Assembly: GCA_938041505.1 (NCBI GenBank)
Contig: CALITC010000005.1
Location: 1,106 to 65,105, forward strand
Reading direction: 5' to 3'
Source of the DNA: an uncultured Patescibacteria group bacterium
GTDB taxonomy: Bacteria; Patescibacteriota; JACMRA01
DNA length: 64,000 bases
The position numbers and the translations under genes were made by a program. The notes below the pieces were generated by a model. It saw nothing but the letters and a program-made list of their open reading frames with translations. It made no database searches and had not been told where the DNA came from. Positions 57,039 through 64,000 of the stretch are shown piece after piece (the first letter of the stretch is position 1; each line of letters begins with the position of its first letter).

Positions 57039-57428
57039 GTGGCAACAGATCAAGTAATACTTACTATCAGAGTTGAATGTAAGATTTGTAAAATTAAAAT
57101 ACTATTCAAAGGAGAGTCTTATGATTGGGTCAAAGAAGAATTATCTAGGTTCATACAAGAAAATGTGACAGTTGAAGAGAATCACATTTTAGTGACTATT
57201 ACTGACAAAAAAAGCGTGAGCAACGAAAGGCTAAACCAGTGCATACAAGATTGTATTAAAACAATCGAATATTGTGATTATGTTTGGCAGAATGTAATTG
57301 GTGAATATGGTGTAGGCAGAGATAAGGAAAAGTTACGATTAATGCAGACATGCGGACCTAACCGTAACGGTGTACCCTCTGTTCAGGTGTATAAGTCTAA
57401 TTTTTTAAAAGAACTTTTGGCGAAATAG
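57039..57428 (+). CDS. Hypothetical protein (129 aa, GTG start)
   Basis: ORF only. Cys-rich (CKICK, CIQDC, YCDY). Confidence 0.45.
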   Translation: MATDQVILTIRVECKICKIKILFKGESYDWVKEELSRFIQENVTVEENHILVTITDKKSVSNERLNQCIQDCIKTIEYCDYVWQNVIGEYGVGRDKEKLRLMQTCGPNRNGVPSVQVYKSNFLKELLAK

Positions 57429-57454
57429 AATCATAAATTAGAAAGGATTTTAAT

Positions 57455-57991
57455 ATGAGTAATGAGAATTTGGATTCGAAGATTAAAGACCAAGGATGGA
57501 GCTGTTCTCCCTGCTGCGAGTTGTATGCCAGAAGAATTGTGGTTGTTCCTCAGCAAGATAATCATGTCCATGTTGCAATAAACTTTTCTGAGATTGAGGA
57601 TGTGGAACAGTTTTTATCAAACCCAACACTTCCTAAATTTGGTATTAACGATATAGTAAATATCGGGGCTAGTACAGTTATTGCAATCAAAGATATTTAT
57701 TATAACTCTCGATTTGGTAATTTTCTTTACCTTACATATATGACTAAGCTAGATCATTATGGTTTTTACAAGGCAACAGGAAATATATACTTATATAAAA
57801 CCAGGCCATATGACATGTGGCCTGGAACACACTTTGTGAATATTATTTCTTCACAAGAATCCAAAAATATTGCCAATCAAAAGAAATATGAGCTTAGTCA
57901 GAAACACGAATTAAATCCACCTTCGCGCGGTGATCGCCAGCTCGTTGTTGCATATTCTGATCTAGCAGAGCTTGAGTTTTTGCTCAACTAG
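57455..57991 (+). CDS. Hypothetical protein, N-terminal region paralogous to 58762-59511
   Basis: Shares ..[DE].[GN]W[ST].. and ..ED[VI]..[FI][LY]......[LM]PK[FY]GIND[IT]V.. with the other gene. Confidence 0.5.
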   Translation: MSNENLDSKIKDQGWSCSPCCELYARRIVVVPQQDNHVHVAINFSEIEDVEQFLSNPTLPKFGINDIVNIGASTVIAIKDIYYNSRFGNFLYLTYMTKLDHYGFYKATGNIYLYKTRPYDMWPGTHFVNIISSQESKNIANQKKYELSQKHELNPPSRGDRQLVVAYSDLAELEFLLN

Positions 57992-58152
57992 TGGAAACAT
58001 CACTATCTTTATCGAGATAGATTAGAAGTCTTAATTAATTCAATCAATCAAGATATTGACTTAATTCAATGCCGAGGTTATATACCTCATTTACGTTATA
58101 AATATCCTATATGACTGGATATAAATCACTTAGATATTCTAGGTGATTTTTG

Positions 58153-58181
58153 TTGACTTTACGGGTTTTGTATTGTATTTT
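58153..58181 (+). promoter_or_regulatory. Sigma70-like promoter of the GNAT gene
   Basis: TTGACT (58153-58158), 17-nt spacer, TATTTT (58176-58181). ATG at 58189 is 7 nt downstream. Confidence 0.35.
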
Positions 58182-58188
58182 TCTCGAT

Positions 58189-58656
58189 ATGATTCAACCA
58201 ATAGATGACACTCACAAGCAGAATATCCTGACCATTGCCCTGGAGGCTCTTCACTTCGAAGAGGCTGAGCTTAACGAACTCTCTAGTGATATTGATAATT
58301 GGTTATCAGGTGACGTTGAAAACCAAAGTCAATGGATAGGTTATTTTGAAGATGGTGCACTAGTTGGAGCTGCATATACAGTGCCCGAAAGATTTACTGA
58401 TAGAGCTTGGAATCTTCTATTTATTGGAGTTTCCCCTACCCATCAAGGCCGCGGGATTGGAAGTAAGTTGCTACAACATATCGAAAACCAGCTCAGAGAA
58501 ACCATGCAGCGCCTACTTCTAGTAGAAACTCTGAGCATCCAAGAATTCGAAGGTGCTCGTAAGTTCTATAGCGCCAAAGGCTTTGAAAAACTAGCAACCA
58601 TTTCAAACTTCTACTACGATGGTGGCAATAAAATCGTGTTTGGGAAATCGTTATAA
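58189..58656 (+). CDS. GNAT-family N-acetyltransferase
   Basis: Acetyl-CoA motif A LLFIGVSPTHQGRGIGSKLLQHIE and C-terminal ..ARKFYSAKGFE. Confidence 0.8.
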   Translation: MIQPIDDTHKQNILTIALEALHFEEAELNELSSDIDNWLSGDVENQSQWIGYFEDGALVGAAYTVPERFTDRAWNLLFIGVSPTHQGRGIGSKLLQHIENQLRETMQRLLLVETLSIQEFEGARKFYSAKGFEKLATISNFYYDGGNKIVFGKSL

Positions 58657-58761
58657 AGTGTGATTTAAATATAACTAGGATAAACAGACTAGGATTGCAG
58701 ATTATTTGACATAATTATGTTAATAGGATATACTGTGTATTAGTAATGAAGGAGATTAACC

Positions 58762-59511
58762 ATGCAGAATATAGAAGATGTCCAAAGAATTATCTTGGAG
58801 AGAAACTGGACTGTTACAGGCAACGAGGGGAACTATAAATTATACTTAGCCCCATTTATTGGATGGGACAAAATAATTGCCAGAGTCGACGTTAGGAGTC
58901 CTGAAGATATTCTGAAAATCTATGAAAGTGGCGTTATGCCAAAGTACGGTATCAACGACACAGTGAAAGTAAAACTAACTTACGCTTCTAGATGGAATGG
59001 CAGCACTCATGATTGCCATGACTGGGTCGAGGGTGTAGTGACAGGGATTTCCGTATGCGGTTGGAATCCTGTTGCATATAAGTATTATGCAAAATACCCC
59101 AAAAGAGATCTTGGCGTTCACGGTAGATATACTGTAAGCGGCAGATCTGTTGAGAGTTATAAAAATGAAGATAGCATATATTTGCTAGATTCTGGACTTG
59201 GCTCTATCAATTCAGAGGAACCTTCACCCGCTTGCCTTTTGAGAAAAGATCTCATGCACAAACAAATCAAAAAAATACCTCGTTACCTAGATCAAGTAAA
59301 AGTTAATAATCGCGCTGTTCAGAATAATTTATATCGAACAGCAAGGCAGCTTGTTTCTAAAGAACTCGCCTTAATGAAAACAAAAGAATTATTATTAAAA
59401 TATAGTAATAACTATTTGTATTACGAGAGGCTTAACAAAGCTTTAGCACAAATCGAAGCTTCTATGAAACTTGTCAAGGAAAAGGGTTATCGCGATAGGA
59501 CCCTATTTTGA
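58762..59511 (+). CDS. Hypothetical protein, N-terminal region paralogous to 57455-57991
   Basis: See 57455-57991. The C-terminal about 90 aa are helical and basic. Confidence 0.5.
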   Translation: MQNIEDVQRIILERNWTVTGNEGNYKLYLAPFIGWDKIIARVDVRSPEDILKIYESGVMPKYGINDTVKVKLTYASRWNGSTHDCHDWVEGVVTGISVCGWNPVAYKYYAKYPKRDLGVHGRYTVSGRSVESYKNEDSIYLLDSGLGSINSEEPSPACLLRKDLMHKQIKKIPRYLDQVKVNNRAVQNNLYRTARQLVSKELALMKTKELLLKYSNNYLYYERLNKALAQIEASMKLVKEKGYRDRTLF

Positions 59512-59669
59512 AAGTAGAAATTCAAGGTTCTTACGACTTAGAATCGCACAATTAAGCAACTTTAAACCAGGTTGCTATTTTTTACCTTGCATTCTTCGAT
59601 TTAACAAAGAAGTGAAAAACATCAATAAAAATATATGAATGCTGGTTTGGTTTTAGATTTTCAGTCGAG

Positions 59670-60518
59670 CTATTGTAATCTTGGTCGGTGTTTTTTTTCA
59701 AGATTGTCTAATACTTCTAGCTTAATCATTAACTTTCTAATACTTGAGTAAATTTCTCTTTTTTCATCAAGTATTGCTTCTATACTCTTACCCCCATCAG
59801 TTTGAGTTGAGCGATCGGACTCTGTGAGACTAATGCTTTTAGATTCATATAGCTGATACTCTCTGTAGATAATGTATAATACATGTGCACGTTTTTCAGC
59901 GTACAGTTTAGCTTCGGAATTGTATATTCCTAATCTTATTCGGGCGGTTTTATTTATGTATTGGAAGTAACTGCCCCAACGATTTGATACTCTTTCGGCA
60001 AATTTATTTTGATTTTGACACTCGTAGAACGCTTTAAAGATATCCTTATAAGGCTTTTGAGATGGACTGTATAAGTCTCCTAGATTATTTATAAAAGAGA
60101 TATTCGAAAACACCTCTTCTAGAGACTGGTCTAGCATTATTGGATTAGCACTATCGTATTCTACGATAGTGCCTTGGTTGGCTTTAAGCGCTTGTGCGTC
60201 TTTTTCCATAGAATATAACTCATATTCTTCCAATATAATAAATAGAATCACCTTTCGTCTAGCACTATACGAAAAACCTTTTGTTTCTCCAATTTTTATA
60301 TTACTAGCTACGACAGCAGTTTTTGTAATTCTATTGAAGTAAGAATCTATCGAGGTAGATATCTTGTCGATAAAACCTTGTTTGGTCGGATTGTTATAAA
60401 ACGCCTCAAAAACTCCTGTATAACTTTTCACCCCAGACCCATACGCAAGTCCGAGATACTTCACGAAGTCTTCATCGCTTATAATTTCTTTTAACTTTTC
60501 TTCATTAATTTCTAACAT
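59670..60518 (-). CDS. Orphan-family protein with two tandem copies of the 54176-type domain
   Basis: Copy 1: EEKLKEIISDEDFVKYLGLAYGSGVKSYTGVFEAFY...SARRKVILFIILEEYELY. Copy 2: LEEVFSNISFINNLGDLYSPSQKPYKDIFKAFY...AEKRAHVLYIIYREYQLY. Confidence 0.55.
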   Translation of the reverse strand: MLEINEEKLKEIISDEDFVKYLGLAYGSGVKSYTGVFEAFYNNPTKQGFIDKISTSIDSYFNRITKTAVVASNIKIGETKGFSYSARRKVILFIILEEYELYSMEKDAQALKANQGTIVEYDSANPIMLDQSLEEVFSNISFINNLGDLYSPSQKPYKDIFKAFYECQNQNKFAERVSNRWGSYFQYINKTARIRLGIYNSEAKLYAEKRAHVLYIIYREYQLYESKSISLTESDRSTQTDGGKSIEAILDEKREIYSSIRKLMIKLEVLDNLEKKHRPRLQ

Positions 60519-60607
60519 TATTTCTTCCCCGTTATGTAATCTAGGATGATCATAACATATTATTTTTACTTTGTAAAGTAATTTTATTGGCTAGTGTGTG
60601 TAATCAT

Positions 60608-60648
60608 ATGTCAACCGATATGTAACTATTATTAGCAGGCTGTCTATA
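60608..60648 (+). repeat. 41-nt repeat copy B
   Basis: See 56497-56537. Here an in-frame stop lies immediately upstream, so only a fragment (SYVNRYVTIISRLSI...) is readable. Confidence 0.8.
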
Positions 60649-60739
60649 GAGATACACTTAACTTAAAGCCACTTCCTTCCTCTACTAGTTTGGATAGCTC
60701 CCTTGAATACCCTATTTAAGTCGTTACCCAATTGTGATG

Positions 60740-61108
60740 TTATTTTTGTAAATCATGGAAGTTGGTTATTTCGAACTCGTTACCTTGGGGGTCTTGGCAG
60801 ACTGCTGAGGTGTGTCCATCGTGATCTTCCAGGAGAATATTCCCTCCCAGCTCAATTACTTTCTTCTTTAATTCCAGCACTTGCCGCCTGGCAGAGAATT
60901 CAAACACCGGCACACAAGCACTCCCGGACCACTCTTCCAAGATTTGTAGCAAACCCAAGTTTATATTTCCAAAATCATACTCGATCCATTCTTCATCATC
61001 CTTGTGGGCTTTGGGCTGAATATCGAATAACTCATTATAAAATTCTTTGAGCTCCTGAATATTCTTCGACTTGAAGTATATAGTTCTTATTTTTAATTGC
61101 ATATACAA
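60740..61108 (-). CDS. VOC (glyoxalase/bleomycin-resistance) family protein
   Basis: 122 aa: IRTIYFKSKNIQELKEFYNELFDIQP....VFEF....ELGGNILLED..GHTSAVCQDPQGNEFEI, the paired beta-alpha-beta-beta-beta pattern. Confidence 0.7.
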   Translation of the reverse strand: MYMQLKIRTIYFKSKNIQELKEFYNELFDIQPKAHKDDEEWIEYDFGNINLGLLQILEEWSGSACVPVFEFSARRQVLELKKKVIELGGNILLEDHDGHTSAVCQDPQGNEFEITNFHDLQK

Positions 61109-61136
61109 TACTCTTAAAATAATTTGTCATTTAAAA

Positions 61137-63023
61137 TTAATTAGTTTGTTGTCTTACGGTTGTTAAAAAAATCGCCAACGGTTGCCATGTAATCAGACAA
61201 CTCCTTGGGGTGATCCTCTTTGTTTGTTGACTTAATAGTACTCGGTGCATTGATATTTGAAACCATTCCCAACATTTTTTTCCATTAGCATATTTTAAAA
61301 CATCAGCTCGTGCGAAATCACGCATAGACTGTTTTGTTGTTTTACTAGTCTCAGAAAATAGTTTTTTGTTTGCGTTTGCATGCAAAGCATATCTTTTGTA
61401 CTGTCTCAATGAATCCATGATATCATCCTCTATTGTATCGTATATATTTTCATCTTTCACAACATCAAAATCATCCTTATTCTTTTTTATTAACAAAGCA
61501 AAATTTTCAACCTCATTTACAGGTAGAAATTTTCTTTTGTAGTCGTACCCTTTATTTTTCTTATTTTCGACATTCTCAATAGCCAACACTTGCTCATCTG
61601 TAAGCATATCCCTGTCTACCTGTCTAAATACTCTAGGTTTGTAGTTTTTATCATTAAACCTCATGACTTCAATATGATTCTCAATAATGTCGCGATTACA
61701 ACCATCTGAAGGTAACACATTAACATTATCAATATCATAAACCTTAAGCAGATGCTCCCAGAGCTTGGTGGTAGCTTTCTTTTTGTCTTCACATATAAAT
61801 ATATTATCAGGTTTCAGATCGCTGAACCATTTTTCTAACGACTCTTTTTCCTTTGTTAATTTTTTATTTTGGGTGGTTAGTTTCTTTATTCTTTGTTGAG
61901 AAGAATTTAATTTACTATAAAACTCACTATGAGCTATTCTCATTTCAGCATATTGATCACGACTAACTTCTACAACTCTTGGAGTTATGTTAAACATCTC
62001 ATAGAACACCGTATCTTCGGGAGCAAGCGATAGGGTTGTTGTTGAGTGTGTTATAATTATTACTTTGACATCATTATGCAAAAAATAAGTTCGAAGTACC
62101 TTATAGAAAGCATTAATTAATGAAGGGTTAAATGTCGCATCATATTCGTCCAGTATTAGAAGTTTTCTTGGAGTTCTTTCGAAAGTATAAAACGCTGCAA
62201 AAACTAAACTAATAATTGCTTTTTCTCCATCAGATAAATCAGATAAATTTCTACCAGCCTTAACTTCAAGGTTTACTTTACCAGAATCCGTATTATATGG
62301 GTGTAACTTTATCTCTTCCTCCAAACCTCTATAATTATCAAATCTGTATTCACTTCTGACTCGATACCTAATCCCTAATTCCGATAGTATTCTATTGAAC
62401 TTGTGCCATGGGGCATCTTTTTTTATTTTCTTTAATACACTCTCGGACACATTATCTCTGTCCGCAGCAGACTTCTGAATTTCGAAGGCATAATCCACAA
62501 AAATACTCTCAATCTTTAAAATAAACATATCATCAGGCTGCCATTCAAATTTATCCCATTTTTTCATCAATGAGATAAATTCACTTTGCTGCACCGATTT
62601 AGGATTAACTGTATTATTTTCAAGATAATCGTAGATTCTTCTTAACGAGTTTAAATGCATTTTTTCTTCATAATCACTATATCCAAATCTATGTCGATTT
62701 ACTAAATTCCATGCTGTATTTATGTTTTGCTCTTTATTTTGAGAGTTTACCTGTCTAAAATCTTGCAGAACAATCAAATCTCTAAATGATTTGTACAAAA
62801 CATCTTTTGAATCTATTGGTGAGTCATTTACTTTTACACTCGAATTTATTTTTATGGGGTGCCCAGTATTATTTTTTCTATACTCTTGTTGAATCATATC
62901 GGCTAACTGAGATTTACCTGATCCATTTATTCCAGATATTAATATTAAATCACCTTCTAAACTTGTTTTAAAGCCTTTTCGGAAAGATTTATGGTCTTCG
63001 TTTAACTCGACGCTGATAGACAT
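61137..63023 (-). CDS. OLD/PARIS-like ABC-type ATPase fused to a DUF4435/TOPRIM-like C-terminal domain (candidate defence nuclease)
   Basis: Walker A GINGSGKS, ABC signature LSDGEKAIISL, Walker B LLILDEYD, H-loop IIITHS, coiled-coil linker. Then IFICEDKKKA (TOPRIM Glu-like), RQVDRDML (DxD) and LPVNEVENFAL, as in DUF4435. Confidence 0.65.
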   Translation of the reverse strand: MSISVELNEDHKSFRKGFKTSLEGDLILISGINGSGKSQLADMIQQEYRKNNTGHPIKINSSVKVNDSPIDSKDVLYKSFRDLIVLQDFRQVNSQNKEQNINTAWNLVNRHRFGYSDYEEKMHLNSLRRIYDYLENNTVNPKSVQQSEFISLMKKWDKFEWQPDDMFILKIESIFVDYAFEIQKSAADRDNVSESVLKKIKKDAPWHKFNRILSELGIRYRVRSEYRFDNYRGLEEEIKLHPYNTDSGKVNLEVKAGRNLSDLSDGEKAIISLVFAAFYTFERTPRKLLILDEYDATFNPSLINAFYKVLRTYFLHNDVKVIIITHSTTTLSLAPEDTVFYEMFNITPRVVEVSRDQYAEMRIAHSEFYSKLNSSQQRIKKLTTQNKKLTKEKESLEKWFSDLKPDNIFICEDKKKATTKLWEHLLKVYDIDNVNVLPSDGCNRDIIENHIEVMRFNDKNYKPRVFRQVDRDMLTDEQVLAIENVENKKNKGYDYKRKFLPVNEVENFALLIKKNKDDFDVVKDENIYDTIEDDIMDSLRQYKRYALHANANKKLFSETSKTTKQSMRDFARADVLKYANGKKCWEWFQISMHRVLLSQQTKRITPRSCLITWQPLAIFLTTVRQQTN

Positions 63024-63030
63024 ATTCTAT

Positions 63031-63147
63031 TTATTTTACAACTAAAGTAACTAATTTCCCGGGGATTATTTTACTAAACTTTAGTTCTTTTCCTTCTAGG
63101 TGTTTGCTGGCTGCTGCTTTAGCTTGTTCTAGGATTATTTTGGGCAT
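63031..63147 (-). pseudogene. leuS: Orphan relic of the extreme 3' end of a leucyl-tRNA synthetase gene
   Basis: Reads MPKIILEQAKAAASKHLEGKELKFSKIIPGKLVTLVVK-stop. From memory this resembles the conserved LeuRS C-terminus (..LEGK.[IV][RK]K[VI]I.VPGKL[VL]N[IL]V..). A stop lies 3 codons upstream of the ATG, so nothing more of leuS is present. Confidence 0.5.
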
Positions 63148-63184
63148 GACTAAATTTTAAATACAGCAATACTTTATATCAATA

Positions 63185-64000
63185 TTAGTACCCGCCTGTT
63201 CTGATCAGTGTTGAGTTGTCTGTTGTTGGTTCTTGAGTTTCTTCTTCATCCGCCTCGTCTGCCTGAAGCATGATTCCGGTGCCTGATATATCACTTACCG
63301 CATAGTACATAGTACCTTCGAGCTCTTCAATAGTCACCCTTGCATCATCGAGAGGTAGTCTTTCTGCCCCTGCACACTCAGGTGAAATATCAGCAAAGCT
63401 ACTGACTCCTGGGCAGATTATCATTGCATCCATGTTTTCAGCGAAAGGTACATACATAGTGTAATTACCTGTCACACCTGGAGCTGTGCTTAGGTTATGT
63501 ACGAAGGCCATATTATTTGCAGCATCTGTAGCCCCTGCTACACCAGACCAGTCAAGATCCGAATTAAATGCAGCTTCTGCTTGAGCTAAGATACCGTTGT
63601 CTCCATTCCTTAGCAAGAGACTCTCTGTGTTTCCCTCCACGACTCCAACATCTTCTTGATCGTCAACACTCTCACCAGAGATGAGTTCTACTGCCAACGC
63701 ACTATCAATATCTTGTACAAAATACCTGAAGAACTCGTTTAGCTTGGTTACAAATGGCTGGCAGCCATTGGCTGGGCTGATTACATTATCATTTTCGGAT
63801 GGATCTGTATCCAAGTCTGAACACGCAGATCCTAGGATGAATAATCCGCTATCAGAATCCCTCAGTACTCCATTTATATCACTTCCAGAAACATTATCGA
63901 ATGTGTAAAGTTTTTGAAAACTTCCTGCCAAATCATACACCGCGATGTATGAGACACTATTTGTGGAATCTATCTCCTTGGTTGCATAATCATCATCAAA
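63185..64000 (-). CDS. Surface/secreted protein, 3' part (frame stays open to the window edge); ends in LIRTGGY
   Basis: No stop in frame between 63941 and 64000, so the gene is probably truncated by the window. Acidic C-terminal linker EADEEETQEPTTDNSTLIRTGGY then TAA. Confidence 0.6.
   Translation of the reverse strand, partial: FDDDYATKEIDSTNSVSYIAVYDLAGSFQKLYTFDNVSGSDINGVLRDSDSGLFILGSACSDLDTDPSENDNVISPANGCQPFVTKLNEFFRYFVQDIDSALAVELISGESVDDQEDVGVVEGNTESLLLRNGDNGILAQAEAAFNSDLDWSGVAGATDAANNMAFVHNLSTAPGVTGNYTMYVPFAENMDAMIICPGVSSFADISPECAGAERLPLDDARVTIEELEGTMYYAVSDISGTGIMLQADEADEEETQEPTTDNSTLIRTGGY

Noticed and set aside
1-64000. Searched by eye for CRISPR arrays, tRNA or rRNA genes, reverse transcriptases (retron, DGR, group II intron) and integrases.
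   Set aside because: No regularly spaced direct repeats, no GGTTCGAATCC-type T-arm with an acceptor stem, and no YxDD or integrase motifs in any ORF. Absence by eye is not proof; tRNAscan-SE, Infernal and minced should be run.
1-64000. Alternative genetic code (UGA as Gly or Trp, as in Gracilibacteria/SR1 or Mycoplasma).
   Set aside because: Conserved genes (eno, valS pieces, pth, transketolase half, MscS) are uninterrupted under code 11 and end at positions matching homolog lengths. TGA terminates the IS982 transposase at the expected length.

Overview
AT-rich, gene-dense bacterial chromosome segment that reads cleanly in the standard code: enolase, ValRS and Pth give long uninterrupted ORFs, and TAA, TAG and TGA all act as stops. 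I recognised no rRNA, tRNA or CRISPR array. The mix of a few housekeeping genes, many orphan proteins and many surface or glycosylation genes fits a reduced-genome, possibly episymbiotic (CPR/Patescibacteria-like) organism, but that is inference only.

Layout:
- 0-5.6 kb: YraN, an 830-aa protein with two GGDEF-like palm domains, a transketolase C-terminal half and cupins.
- 5.7-11.7 kb: valS in two separately terminated and initiated pieces, split by about 3 kb of unrelated genes.
- 12-24 kb: envelope genes (DUF2807, 2TM, Stf0-like sulfotransferase, cadherin/Ig-like adhesin, two GT2-TPR paralogs, pth, hydrolases, GT-C-like membrane protein, rhodanese).
- 24.7-32.6 kb: minus-strand block with DUF389, a 1148-aa modular coiled-coil protein, a 98-aa protein and an SdrD-B-like surface protein.
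- 32.7-42.2 kb: EEP nuclease/phosphatase, eno, recX and a glycosylation cluster (GT39, GT4, GT2, methyltransferase, GtrA).
- 42.3-51.9 kb: M23 peptidase-FG-GAP fusion, one IS982-family element, aldose epimerase, PAP2, MscS.
- 52-63 kb: orphan-rich accessory island with paralog pairs, conserved short repeats, a GNAT, a VOC protein and an OLD/PARIS-like ABC-ATPase-DUF4435 fusion.

Most notable observations:
- The cleanly split valS.
- A C-terminal L[IV]RTG motif shared by three surface proteins. One has a classical TM plus basic tail; two end two residues after the motif.
- Three displaced 3'-end gene relics (GT39, an orphan family, leuS), which point to repeated cassette insertion or replacement at gene 3' ends.
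- The tandem GGDEF-like giant protein.
- An unexplained 540-bp structured non-coding region ahead of the glycosylation operon.
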